64,000 nt of DNA from assembly GCA_038897215.1 (NCBI GenBank), contig JAWAWX010000001.1:832001-896000 (forward strand). The letters are read 5' to 3'. The notes beneath the pieces were generated by a model that was given only the letters and a program-made list of their open reading frames with translations, searched no databases and was not told the origin of the DNA. Below, piece by piece: positions 27,443 through 37,553 of the stretch; the stretch's first letter is position 1; each line of letters starts with the position of its first letter. The translations under genes were made by a program, and so were the position numbers. The DNA comes from Acidilobaceae archaeon (GTDB lineage Archaea; Thermoproteota; Thermoprotei_A; Sulfolobales; Acidilobaceae).

Positions 27443-28177
27443 GTGAAAGACGAAGACGCCTTCAAGATAGTTGAGGAAGTATTCGATTCAACCACACTAG
27501 GCTTCGTTTACAAGCTGGAGAGAAGAGGGGTCCTAGCAGAGCTCAAGGGTGTTGTGAGCGCAGGCAAGGAGGCTCGAGTATACTGGGGTAAGTCGAGAGA
27601 CGGGAGAGACTTAGCGGTAAAGATATACATGATTGAGACCAGCGATTTCAGGAAGAGCATCAAGAAATACATCGTGGGAGACCCGCGCTTTGAGAACATA
27701 CCCGAGTCGAATATAAGGAAGCTCATATACCTATGGACTCGGAAAGAGTTCAAGAACCTGAAGAGACTCGAAGAAGCAGGAGTTAGAGCCCCGAGACCGA
27801 TAGATGTCGAGGGCAACGTTCTCGTGATGACGTTCATCGGAGAGAAGGGGGTTAGAGCTCCCCTTCTAGCCGAAGCAGTGGGAGAGCTCTCCGAGGAAGA
27901 CATGAGAGAGTTCTGGCGCCAGCTCGTCGACCAGCTCAAGCTCATAGTGTGCAGAGCTCGGCTTGTGCACGCAGACTTGAGCGAATACAACTTAATGGTG
28001 TGGAATGGCGAGCTCTGGGTCATAGACGTGGCTCAAGCAGTAGACGTGAGCCACCCGATGGCGATGGAGTTCCTGGAGAGAGATATAAGGAACCTCTATA
28101 GATTCTTCTCAGAGTACGTGAGCGTGGAGGAGGGAGAACTCAAGGAGGCTGTTCTACTATGCCTGAACAAGAGATAG
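27443..28177 (+). CDS. rio1: RIO1 serine kinase
   Basis: SAGKEARVY, AVKIY, KEFKNL, LVHADLSEYN, IDVAQ. Confidence 0.95.
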   Translation: MKDEDAFKIVEEVFDSTTLGFVYKLERRGVLAELKGVVSAGKEARVYWGKSRDGRDLAVKIYMIETSDFRKSIKKYIVGDPRFENIPESNIRKLIYLWTRKEFKNLKRLEEAGVRAPRPIDVEGNVLVMTFIGEKGVRAPLLAEAVGELSEEDMREFWRQLVDQLKLIVCRARLVHADLSEYNLMVWNGELWVIDVAQAVDVSHPMAMEFLERDIRNLYRFFSEYVSVEEGELKEAVLLCLNKR

Positions 28178-28749
28178 CGCGGCACGGGCCCAGAATGTAC
28201 GTTAAGATCCCCCCGGAGAGACTGGGAGCAGTGATAGGAGAGCGGGGCTCAGTTGTTAAAGAGATAGCTTCAAGACTAGGGGTAGCTATCACTGTAGACT
28301 CCGAGAACTCCGTGGCGGTGATCGAGAGCGAAGCTCCGGGCGTTAGAGCAGATAAGGTTATGAAGGCAGCTGAGATAGTGAAAGCGATAGCATACGGGTT
28401 CCCGCCAGAGAAAGCCATGGCTCTCCTCAACGACAACTACATACTGGTAGTGGTGGACTTGAAGGAGAAGGTCGGAGATAAACCGAATCACCTCAAGAGA
28501 GTGAAGGGTAGGATCATAGGGGAGAGTGGTAGAGCTAGGAGGACTATAGAGGAGATGACTGGAACCTACATCCATGTTGGCGAAGACTATGTCGCGATAA
28601 TTGGAGACTACGAGAGAGCTATGGCTGCTAGAGAAGCTGTAGAGATGCTCGCTGAAGGCAGGATGCACGGCACAGTCTACAGGCATCTAGATACGCTGAT
28701 GAGAGAGATCAGGAGGAGAGAGCGCCTCAAGCTATGGGAAGAGGTTTAA
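28159..28749 (+). CDS. KH-domain pre-rRNA processing protein Dim2/Krr1
   Basis: VIGERG, GF.PEKA, RVKGRIIG..G. Confidence 0.93.
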   Translation: MPEQEIARHGPRMYVKIPPERLGAVIGERGSVVKEIASRLGVAITVDSENSVAVIESEAPGVRADKVMKAAEIVKAIAYGFPPEKAMALLNDNYILVVVDLKEKVGDKPNHLKRVKGRIIGESGRARRTIEEMTGTYIHVGEDYVAIIGDYERAMAAREAVEMLAEGRMHGTVYRHLDTLMREIRRRERLKLWEEV

Positions 28750-28821
28750 GCCCGCACCTCTATAAGATACCAGCAGGGCTGTGATAGAGCCTGCGACGAT
28801 TCGAGCCCGGGAGGCAATGAG

Positions 28822-29247
28822 ATGGAAGAGCCGAGAGAGCCCCCGCGAGAAGACTGCAGAGTCAGAGTGGTTGGCGGAGGAGCAGTTATAGACATGCTTC
28901 TAGACGGCTTGAGAAGAGCTATCTACGAGTACAACTCTAGAATAAAGCACACAGGGTACTATTTGAAGCCTCTTCACAAAGTCTACAAGACCACCGAGAA
29001 GGGGTCTAGGAGAGTCTACGAGTACTATGGCGTCTACTGGTGGCGTCTAGTCAAGACCGAGAAGGGAGTTAGGTACCTCTATGTGGGGAAGGAGACTCCT
29101 CCAGAGCTACCCGAGCCTCCGATACTGCCGATCCCCCACGGGCTCTCTCTCATAAGAGAGGGGAGAGACGTAGTGCTAGACTGCAGAGTCTATGATAGAT
29201 TCAGAGAGCTCTTCAGAGGGCTTCATGTGAGTAGAGAGGAGTCCTGA
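28822..29247 (+). CDS. Hypothetical basic/aromatic protein
   Basis: Good SD (GGAGG) with ATG; YYLKP.H.V...YYG.YWWR...YVGK. Confidence 0.75.
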   Translation: MEEPREPPREDCRVRVVGGGAVIDMLLDGLRRAIYEYNSRIKHTGYYLKPLHKVYKTTEKGSRRVYEYYGVYWWRLVKTEKGVRYLYVGKETPPELPEPPILPIPHGLSLIREGRDVVLDCRVYDRFRELFRGLHVSREES

Positions 29248-30076
29248 GCGCGCTCAGCACCACCTGCTCTCCCACGCCTACCCCGAGCTTTTTGCACGCG
29301 CTTCCCTGGTTTACCGCTATCTCGACGAAGCCAGAGCTGTTCTCGTAGACTACTAGGTGGCCTGGAGAGACGTCTGAGAACGTTCTGCCAACCTCAGCCG
29401 GGAAAGTCCCGGCTCTTGTCGTGATGTAGAGGCTACTATAGCTATAGAGCCCTATGTTTTGCGGTTTAGAGCTTAGAACTATGTTGCCGAAAGCGTCTAC
29501 GTAGATGACTGTTAGTTGGAAAGAGTTCTCTCCTAGCCGAGCTACCTTCTCGAGAATCAGAGGCTCCAAGTCGTCCTCCGAGATCTCTTCTCCGAGATCT
29601 GCAAGGTCTACCCCATTGTATATCAGTGCCGCCGCTGGACCCATGACGTCTCTGCCATGGAAAGTCTTTGAGATCCTCCAGATACCCTCCTCCAGCTTGC
29701 CGCGAAAGCTCTCTCGAGCTAGCTCAGCTACTCTCCTATAGTCTAGGGATACTCCTCTCTTGAACCCCTCGTTTTTAACCGATGGATATAGTATCCCGTT
29801 ATCGGGACCTATGAACACGTAGTCTCCAGCCTCTACCGCGACTATGCGCCTAGGGCCTCCCACAAGCGGGTCTACGATACTCAAGAGGATAGACCCTCTC
29901 GGGAGCCATCTGTAGCTAGAGTACAGCACGTACGCGCCCGAGAGCACTCTGAATGGGGGGACCGAGTGGTCTATGTCTATTACCTCAGCTGATGGAGCGA
30001 TGCTCTTGATTACAGACTTCAGTTGCCCAGCGTACATCCCGTAACCGTAGTCCGTGATGAGGCCTATTACTCTCAA
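29213..30076 (-). CDS. SAM hydrolase / SAM-dependent halogenase family (DUF62)
   Basis: ITDYG, VDP.VG..R, GPDNG, TFHGRD, VD.FGN, EIAVNQG. Confidence 0.93.
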   Translation of the reverse strand: MRVIGLITDYGYGMYAGQLKSVIKSIAPSAEVIDIDHSVPPFRVLSGAYVLYSSYRWLPRGSILLSIVDPLVGGPRRIVAVEAGDYVFIGPDNGILYPSVKNEGFKRGVSLDYRRVAELARESFRGKLEEGIWRISKTFHGRDVMGPAAALIYNGVDLADLGEEISEDDLEPLILEKVARLGENSFQLTVIYVDAFGNIVLSSKPQNIGLYSYSSLYITTRAGTFPAEVGRTFSDVSPGHLVVYENSSGFVEIAVNQGSACKKLGVGVGEQVVLSALRTPLYSHEAL

Positions 30077-30261
30077 GCCAAGCCTACCCAGTAGTCTCCC
30101 AGTCGTGAGCGCGGCTAATAGATAGATGGGAGCGAGGATTTGGTTTTGCTTGGTGGAGAGAGCTCCTCAGACCCGTTCCTCCTCATTGAAGAGCACTCGG
30201 CCGAGTTCGAGCGCCAGTCACAGCTCTCGAGTTCTCTGGATAGACTTGAGAGCCGATAAGG

Positions 30262-31126
30262 TTATGTCTCGAAACGCGGGGGTCTGAGCCCTGGTCGCGT
30301 TTTGAGCAAGAGGCCTACGATACAGAGGACGGCTATCGTGGCCACATAGGGAGACACGTCGGCCACCCACCCGGGGACTCCGAGAGCCCCCAGGTAGGGT
30401 CTAGAGGCTCTCAGAGAGCCTATGAGGTAAGCGGCTAGAGCTGCCCCGATGGGGTTCCAGTAGCCTAGAATCACGCAACCTATGGCAACCCACCCCATCC
30501 CCATAGTTATACCCGACCAGTACTTGCCCCCGTAGACAGCGAGAGAGATGTATGCTCCAGCCATCCCTGCTAGCATACCGTTGAGTAGAGCGGCTACTGC
30601 TCTAAGCTCTCTCACTCTAAGCCCTCTCTCTCGAGCTATGAGAGGGTCCGAGCCTATGGCTCTAACCTCGACTCCAATCCATGTCTTCGAGAGAATCAGG
30701 GTTGCTATTATAGCAAGAGCTATGGGGAGAACTTGTAGAGCTCTGTGTACGAGAGAGCCTGGCTCTAGGGGAAGCCCGAGCGGTCTATGGGGAAGCCCGG
30801 CTACGAGGTCTGCTAGACCTAGCCCGAGGAAGCCTAAGAGTAGACCGATAGCTAGCTGGTTGAAGGGGAGGTAGACCGCTAAGACTATGTAGGCTAGAGA
30901 GAAGAGGGCTCCAGCGATAGCTGCTGAAACCACACCCACTCTCGGGTCGCCGGCGTAGATCGAGGCTACTACCGCTACCGAAGCCCCTAGAGCCATCGTG
31001 CCCTCGAGACCTAGATTCACTCGCCCCGTTCTCTGTAGCACAGACTCACCGACGGCTGCGAGAGCTAGATACGTGTACGTTGTTAGCGAGTAGAGAGCAA
31101 TCCCCATTATCATCTCAAGCAACACC
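30262..31126 (-). CDS. Nucleoside/sugar ABC transporter permease (NupC-like)
   Basis: GE...QRTG.VNLGLEG.M, RA.G..P..A...G, G.GW.A, PY; start placed after the SD GAGGTGG. Confidence 0.9.
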
Positions 31127-32122
31127 AGCCACCTCTCTCCTGAGATATCTAGCCGCGTACGCTCCGACAAGTGAGAAAACCACAACTATTGTCTGCGAGC
31201 CTAGAACGAACCCCTCGTGGACTCCCTCAGCCATCATGGCGTACGCCCAGACCCTCATGTATGAGAGTAGAAGCGATGAAGCTACAGCAACGGGAGGACT
31301 GAATCCCGAGAGCCAGGCAGCGAGGACCCCCGAGTAGCCGAAGCCTACGGGAGGCTTGGCTCCCAGGAAGTACTGGAAGACTAGCATTGCTAGAGCTCCC
31401 CCGATGCCAGCTAGGGCTCCTGAGAGCGCGGAGAGCTTGAAGAAGAGTGCTAACTCGCTAACACCATAGGTTACAGCTGTTCTCCTCGAGGAGCCGTAGA
31501 CTTTAGCAGCCAGACCGAGACTAGTCCTGGACTCTATGAACCAGACTATTACGAGAGCTATCGCGAGAAAGATTGGAGCCCAGACCCAGCTTAGCCTAAA
31601 ATGCTCGGGCACGGGTTTCGTTATCACGAAAGCCCCTACTCTCAGATAGGAGCTCACAATCTCGGCAACCATGAAGACTATGGCTAGATTCATCATTAGC
31701 GTGACTAGAATCTCGTTGGCGTTAAAGTATACCCTCAATACTACTGGAACCGCTCCCAGCAATACCCCTACTAGAGCGGAGATAGCCAGAGCTAGAGCTA
31801 TGCCCAGAACTGGGTCGGCTTCCGGTACGACGTAGGCGAGAAGCCAGAGAGATACAAGCATTCCAGCGAGTATCTGCCCCTCCACGGCTATCGTGATAAA
31901 GCCTGCTCGATAGCAGAGAGTCAAGCCTAGCGCTGCTAGCCCCACGGGACCCCAGAGAGATACTAGATACTCAAGACTTCTGGGGCTCGTCAGTGTGTAG
32001 TACGCTTTCGTCACCACCGCTACAGGGTCTCTGGTAGCGGCTACTGCTAGAAGCAAGACTATAACGTAGCCTACGATAAGCCCCAGTAGCGCTCCCTCTA
32101 CCGCCTGCCTGCTACTCTGCAT
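31115..32122 (-). CDS. Nucleoside/sugar ABC transporter permease (NupB-like)
   Basis: RAG..TI..EGQ, NEILVTLMMN, SGALAG.GG, G.GY.G. Confidence 0.9.
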   Translation of the reverse strand: MQSSRQAVEGALLGLIVGYVIVLLLAVAATRDPVAVVTKAYYTLTSPRSLEYLVSLWGPVGLAALGLTLCYRAGFITIAVEGQILAGMLVSLWLLAYVVPEADPVLGIALALAISALVGVLLGAVPVVLRVYFNANEILVTLMMNLAIVFMVAEIVSSYLRVGAFVITKPVPEHFRLSWVWAPIFLAIALVIVWFIESRTSLGLAAKVYGSSRRTAVTYGVSELALFFKLSALSGALAGIGGALAMLVFQYFLGAKPPVGFGYSGVLAAWLSGFSPPVAVASSLLLSYMRVWAYAMMAEGVHEGFVLGSQTIVVVFSLVGAYAARYLRREVAGVA

Positions 32123-32142
32123 CGTCTAGCGCCTCCAAGCTT

Positions 32143-33648
32143 CTAGGATACCATGGCTTTAGCTATAGCTTCTGTATCGAAAGGCCTCGCGAAAACTCCT
32201 GTCACCGAGCCTCTACTAATCACCGCTATCCTGTCGGAGAGCTCGAGCAACTCGTCTAGGTCTTCAGATATCAGCAGGATAGCTATGCCTCTCGAAGCCA
32301 TCTCCACGAGAGTCCTCCTAACTTGTAGCGTTGAGCTGAAGTCGAGACCAGCTGTTGGATTCATAGCTACAACTAGCCTCGGGCGAGACTCTAGCTCTCT
32401 CCCAACTATCAGTCTCTGCATATTGCCTCCACTGAGAGCTTCCACGTTCTCCTCGATGCTTCTCACATCGACTCTCATGCTCTCGACTACTCTACTAGCT
32501 AGAGCTTTGATCGACTCGTGGTCTAAGACGAAGCCGAGCCTCCCCGAGCCTAAAAGAGGTAGGGCTACATTCAAGTATACCGGGAGACCTCTAGCGAGAG
32601 CCCAGTCTAGCCTCTCCTCTGGTATCAGAGAGACCCCTAGCTTAAGCCTTTCTCTCGGCCCTCTTCTCGTGACGTCTACACCAAAGATAGTGATGCGCCC
32701 TCTCTCAGGTCTTCTGAGTCCAGCTATGGCTTCGAAGAGCTCTCTCTGACCGTTCCCCGTCACTCCAGCCACTCCTACTATCTCGCCTTCTTTGACCGCG
32801 AGGCTGACTCCTCTGACTGCTAGATGCCCTCTATCGTCTCTAACCCAAAGGTCTTGGATCACGATAGCGTTCACGCCTGACTCTCGACGAGATCGCGAAG
32901 GCTCTACTCGAGCTTGCTCGACTATCTTCTCGCCGAACATCAGCTCGACTAGCTTGTCTACTGTCACTTCTCTCCTATCGAGTACTCCTACTACCTCTCC
33001 TCTCCTCATCACCTGAATTCTATCAGCTACCTCTAGCGCTTCTCTTATCTTGTGAGTTATGAAGACTATGGCTCTCCCCTCACTAGCAAGCTCTCTCAGC
33101 ATCTTGGAGAATCTCCTAGCCTCGAGAGGGGTCAGGTGGCTCGTCGTCTCGTCAAACGCTATAGCCTTAGACCCTATTATCAGAGCCTTGGCTAGCTCCA
33201 CCTTGTGCTTCTCCCCAACGGAGAGAGACCAAATGGGTCTCTCCGGGTCTAGCCCTAGCTCGTAGCGCTCGCTTATCTCAACTATCTTGCTCTTAACCCA
33301 GCCGAGAGATACGTTGAGCCCGGCTTCTCTAACAGCTAGCCCGACGTCCTCGGCTACGCTTAAGTCCTCGAAGACTAGAGGGTGCTGGGTGACTAGAAAG
33401 AACCCTGCTCTAAGAGACTCAGCGGGGTCTCCGAGTCTTAGAGTATAGCCGTCTACTCTGACCAAACCTTTAACGGGCTTGACCATCCCTGCTGCTACCT
33501 TGACTAAAGTAGTCTTGCCGGCTCCGTTTTCGCCCAGGAGGGCTACTACCTCTCCTCTCTTTACTCTAAGAAACGCGTTCTTGTTAGCTACCACTCCTCC
33601 GGGATACACTACCGTAATGTTCTCGAGTTCAAGCAAAAAAGAGGACAA
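32143..33648 (-). CDS. CUT2-type ABC ATPase with duplicated NBD (NupA-like)
   Basis: GENGAGKTT, LSVGE, GV.GNGQ.EL, LSGGN.Q, ISEDLDEL. Confidence 0.95.
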   Translation of the reverse strand: MSSFLLELENITVVYPGGVVANKNAFLRVKRGEVVALLGENGAGKTTLVKVAAGMVKPVKGLVRVDGYTLRLGDPAESLRAGFFLVTQHPLVFEDLSVAEDVGLAVREAGLNVSLGWVKSKIVEISERYELGLDPERPIWSLSVGEKHKVELAKALIIGSKAIAFDETTSHLTPLEARRFSKMLRELASEGRAIVFITHKIREALEVADRIQVMRRGEVVGVLDRREVTVDKLVELMFGEKIVEQARVEPSRSRRESGVNAIVIQDLWVRDDRGHLAVRGVSLAVKEGEIVGVAGVTGNGQRELFEAIAGLRRPERGRITIFGVDVTRRGPRERLKLGVSLIPEERLDWALARGLPVYLNVALPLLGSGRLGFVLDHESIKALASRVVESMRVDVRSIEENVEALSGGNMQRLIVGRELESRPRLVVAMNPTAGLDFSSTLQVRRTLVEMASRGIAILLISEDLDELLELSDRIAVISRGSVTGVFARPFDTEAIAKAMVS

Positions 33649-33683
33649 GGTGGGAGGTCCTCGCGGATGCTAGAGTGATTCCT

Positions 33684-35021
33684 CTAGACTCTCTCTATCT
33701 TCCAGTAGAACCAGTCCATGTACCAGAGGTCGTCTCGCGAGGCTCTCCTACCCTTGGGTATCTTCAGAGTCTGTTTCTCCAAGGGGTTTCCGTCGAAGTC
33801 TATCTTGTAACCGTAGATCCCGTCTCTGTCGTCTAGAAGCTCTCCAACCTCTCCCGAGAAGGGCTCAAACATGAGCTCCTTCATCTCCTCGTAGAGCCTC
33901 TTGATCTCTCTGATCACAGCTGGAGGAATGACCTCAGTGTTGAGTTCAGCCAAGTACACAGCGCCCTCGGGCTTCCCAGCTCTTGACTCCTCCGGCTTCC
34001 TAGCCCACTTGAATGGCGAGAAGTCGCCCAGCCTAGCCCAGACGTCTTCGCTCTCGAAGAAGCCAGCATAGAGCTTTGCTAGAAGGTAGGCCACTATGGG
34101 GGTCCAGTCTGCCACCTGCCCAGTTAGGTGAGACCTGTATCTTCTACCGTACTTTCTCAGGTAGTACGTGTACATGTCGCTGTAGTGGCTGAAGCTGTAG
34201 ACTCTCCTGCCTCTACCCCAGTATTCCTCGGCTACGTCTAGAACAGCCGTGGTGTCCTCAGTGTAGGCTAGGACGTCTACGTTGTAGCTCTCTACGAGGT
34301 ATCTGGCATCCTCCTTAGCTTTATCCGGAGCGAACCAGCTCTTCAGAGGCTTGGTCACGTAGATCTTCAGGTCTCTGCCTCCGCCGCACTTGCCGGCTAG
34401 CTTGGCCCCATAGACTGCTCCTAGAGCGAACGCGTTGATGTGCCTGACGACCTCGGGTATCAGGAATGCTGGGACATAGCCTACTCTACAGGTCTCTGTG
34501 ACGGCTCCTCCAGCGACACCGTTGAGGAAGTAGAGCTGGTAGAACTCAGCGAAGTATGTGGCTACGTTATTCAACCCCTCCTTAGCGAAGTCCTCGTACT
34601 CTCCGCTACAGTGGTAGAACTTCACGTCGGGATACCTCTTGGCGAGCGTTTTAACAGCCTCCTTGAAGCCGTAGCTCGTAGCGAACACAGCGTGATACTC
34701 CTCGGCTCGAAGCTCTGCCTCTATGACTCTCAGAGCCTCCTCTTCTCTAACGCTCGGTATGTGCTTAGCTTCGAGCCAGTCGAACATCTTCGAGACGTTC
34801 TCCTTGGACTCGTGGTGAGCAGCGGTCCACCCGATGTCCTCTATGGGGCCTACGTATATCCAGAGAGCCTTGATCTTCCGTCTAGCCTCAGCTTCGGCCT
34901 CGGCTACCCTTCTTCCTATAGTGTAGCCTCCCCCTAGGCCTACTGCGAGACCTAGGAGACCGGCTCCGGCTAGCTTAAGTAGTTCCCTCCTACCTACATT
35001 CTGAGCCATCTCAGAGACCAC
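33684..35021 (-). CDS. BMP-family nucleoside-binding protein with Tat signal
   Basis: GRRELLK twin-arginine signal, YVGPI.D.GW..AH, TS.G, IPEV.R.INAF.LG. Confidence 0.9.
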   Translation of the reverse strand: MVSEMAQNVGRRELLKLAGAGLLGLAVGLGGGYTIGRRVAEAEAEARRKIKALWIYVGPIEDIGWTAAHHESKENVSKMFDWLEAKHIPSVREEEALRVIEAELRAEEYHAVFATSYGFKEAVKTLAKRYPDVKFYHCSGEYEDFAKEGLNNVATYFAEFYQLYFLNGVAGGAVTETCRVGYVPAFLIPEVVRHINAFALGAVYGAKLAGKCGGGRDLKIYVTKPLKSWFAPDKAKEDARYLVESYNVDVLAYTEDTTAVLDVAEEYWGRGRRVYSFSHYSDMYTYYLRKYGRRYRSHLTGQVADWTPIVAYLLAKLYAGFFESEDVWARLGDFSPFKWARKPEESRAGKPEGAVYLAELNTEVIPPAVIREIKRLYEEMKELMFEPFSGEVGELLDDRDGIYGYKIDFDGNPLEKQTLKIPKGRRASRDDLWYMDWFYWKIERV

Positions 35022-35076
35022 CTCGACCGATCTAGCTACTCGATTGATTACGTGATTTAAGCTATCTGTTCTTGGG

Positions 35077-35099
35077 CTAGTAAATAGGCTGTTTACTAG
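35077..35099. promoter_or_regulatory. Inverted repeat CTAGTAAA-N7-TTTACTAG (candidate operator or hairpin)
   Basis: Perfect 8-bp arms about 16 nt upstream of the minus-strand TATA (CTTAAAT, 35055-35061) of the BMP operon. Confidence 0.45.
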
Positions 35100-35113
35100 T
35101 GCGATTCAACGAG

Positions 35114-35842
35114 CTAGGTTTTACTCACTACAGCTATAGCCTCTATCCTGTCTATTGAAACCCTCTTTCTCCACTCATTCCCGATCACTATCAGAGCCGC
35201 TACGCCAACCAGGCTTGCTCCAGCTCTCTCGACTATCCTCTTCATGATAGCTAGAGTTATCCCGCTTTGAACTACATCGTCTACGATTAAGACGCGGTCA
35301 TCTCTCCTTATACTACCCTTAGGCACGTAAAATATGCACTTCACTGAGGGAGGCTCGACTAAGTGCTCTTCGAGATAGTCTAGTAGGGGGTTCTCTTTAC
35401 TCCTCCTAGCTATCACTAAAGGCACCTCGAAGACTAGCGCTAGAGAGGTGGCTAGAGTTATCCCCCCGGCTTCGGGGACCAGGATCTTAGTTACATTGTC
35501 GTCTCTGAATCTCTCGTAGAACTCTATGGATAGAAGCTTGAGCATGAAGGGATCGCTCAAGACTGGAGTGAGGTCTATTAGCCCTTTCAGCTCGCCTGCT
35601 CTACTCAAGACTAGTCTAACTGGGTCCAGAACCTCCTTTATGCTCTTCAGCAACTCTAGAGACTGCTCGTAGCTCGGTATAGTTATCCCGCTAGCATACC
35701 TAGCTAGCAGAGTCTCGTCGAATCCCATCATTCTAGCTAGTTGCCTGTAGGAGTAGGGTAGAGTGCGCCTAACCGCCCTGAGAGCCTCGACAGCAAGCAT
35801 TCTGGTCTTCAGCTTCTCCACCTTACTCAGCGCTCTAGACAA
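35114..35842 (-). CDS. HTH + phosphoribosyltransferase protein (PurR-like regulator)
   Basis: N-terminal HTH (SYRQLA...ETLLARY..G...PS), PRPP loop VLIVDDVVQSG.T. Confidence 0.85.
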   Translation of the reverse strand: MSRALSKVEKLKTRMLAVEALRAVRRTLPYSYRQLARMMGFDETLLARYASGITIPSYEQSLELLKSIKEVLDPVRLVLSRAGELKGLIDLTPVLSDPFMLKLLSIEFYERFRDDNVTKILVPEAGGITLATSLALVFEVPLVIARRSKENPLLDYLEEHLVEPPSVKCIFYVPKGSIRRDDRVLIVDDVVQSGITLAIMKRIVERAGASLVGVAALIVIGNEWRKRVSIDRIEAIAVVSKT

Positions 35843-35972
35843 CTCTAGTCTCCGAGCCTCTAGCCAGTCATTCAGAGAAAATATAGTGTATAGTCGGATG
35901 AACTCAAAGAGGTCTTAGAAGTAAGCGATAAGTATCTCTGTCTAACCCAATGCTAGAGCCCGGGGGTGTAGC

Positions 35973-37553
35973 TTGAGCGGTTTGGATGACGTGAAGACGA
36001 GGATTAGAGAGCTATCCAGCAGAGGACTCGACCCCTACCTAGCAGCATACCGCTACCCGGTTACCGCTACAGCTGAAGAGGTCAAAGCCAGATACTCTAG
36101 CCTCCCTCCAGGCTCGGAGACAAGCGATAGAGTAAGTGTAGCTGGAAGAGTGTGGCATATAAGGAGGCATGGAGGCATATCATTCATAGACCTCTACGAC
36201 CACACAGGCAGGATCCAGCTAGTAGTTAGAAGAGACGTTCTAGCTGATAACGAGAAACTCAGAATTATCTTCGAGAATCTAGGTAAAGGCGACCTGATAG
36301 GCGTCAAGGGAAGGGTCGTGAAGACTAAGATGGGAGAAGTGTCTGTACTCGTAGAGGATGCAGACATCCTAGCTATAGCGTGGAGAAGCATACCGTTCCA
36401 CGAGTTTGGAGTAAAAGACCCCGAGCAGAGGTATAGGGAGAGGTATCTCGATATAATGCTCAACAGTAAGGTCAGGAGAGCGATAATAGGACTGTACAGG
36501 ATAGAGTACGTTATGAGGAGACTGCTAGACGAGAAGGGATTCGTGGAGGTACACACGCCCAAACTCCAGCCTGTCTATGGAGGCGCTCTAGCTAAGCCCT
36601 TCACGACCAAGGTCAACGCTCTCGATAGAACAGTGTACTTGAGTATATCCCCCGAGACGTATCTCAAGAGACTCGTGGTAGCGGGACTCTTCAGAGTCTA
36701 CGAGATAGCAGTATGCTTCAGAAACGAGGACATCGACGCTACCCACTACCCGGAGTTCGTTCAACTCGAGGCCTACCAGGCTTTCGCTGACTGGAACGAC
36801 ATGATGGAGCTAACCGAGGAGCTGATAGCGACTTCCGTAAAAGAGGTTCTAGGAGACTACAAGATAGAGGTCGAGTACGGCGGAGAGCAGAAGACTATAG
36901 ACTTCTCTAGACCCTGGAGGAGAGTCCAGCTAGAGGAGTCTGTAGAGGAGGTGCTGGGCGAGAGGATAAGAGAGAAGAGTAGAGAAGAGCTAGTCGAGAT
37001 AGCTAGAAGCTATGGGATCGAGGTAGCTGACCCTAGGAGAGGCAAGATAGTAGAGAAGCTCTTCGAGAGACTCGTTGCTCCAAAGCTAGCAAACCCGACT
37101 TTCGTCACCTTATTCCCGAGAGATATATCGCCACTAGCTAGACCCTATAGAGGCGACCCGAGGTATTCTGAGAGATTCGAGCTATACATTAGCGGGCTCG
37201 AGATCGCTAACGGGTATACGGAACTCAACAACCCCTTTGTCCAGCTATACTTCTTTAGAGAAGAGGAGAGACTAAGGAGCTCTATGGGCGTAGAGGAGGC
37301 TCACCCTATAGACAGAGACTACGTTAGAGCTCTCGAGTACGGGATGCCGCCGACGGGAGGAGTCGGGATAGGCCTCTACCGTCTAGCCATGGTGGTTTTC
37401 GGCTTGCCGACGATAAAGGATGTGATTCCATTCATTATGACGTTCACCGAGAATGTTGAGCTCGTTAGCGAGAAGTTCAAGGAGGTATACGACTACTACG
37501 TTGAGAAGCTAGGCTTGAAGACCGGAGGCAGAGAAGGTAGCATTGTATACTGA
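35973..37553 (+). CDS. lysS: Lysyl-tRNA synthetase, class II
   Basis: OB anticodon domain, RYRERYLD, GGALAKPF, FRNE, YGMPPTGG.GIG..R. Confidence 0.97.
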   Translation: MSGLDDVKTRIRELSSRGLDPYLAAYRYPVTATAEEVKARYSSLPPGSETSDRVSVAGRVWHIRRHGGISFIDLYDHTGRIQLVVRRDVLADNEKLRIIFENLGKGDLIGVKGRVVKTKMGEVSVLVEDADILAIAWRSIPFHEFGVKDPEQRYRERYLDIMLNSKVRRAIIGLYRIEYVMRRLLDEKGFVEVHTPKLQPVYGGALAKPFTTKVNALDRTVYLSISPETYLKRLVVAGLFRVYEIAVCFRNEDIDATHYPEFVQLEAYQAFADWNDMMELTEELIATSVKEVLGDYKIEVEYGGEQKTIDFSRPWRRVQLEESVEEVLGERIREKSREELVEIARSYGIEVADPRRGKIVEKLFERLVAPKLANPTFVTLFPRDISPLARPYRGDPRYSERFELYISGLEIANGYTELNNPFVQLYFFREEERLRSSMGVEEAHPIDRDYVRALEYGMPPTGGVGIGLYRLAMVVFGLPTIKDVIPFIMTFTENVELVSEKFKEVYDYYVEKLGLKTGGREGSIVY

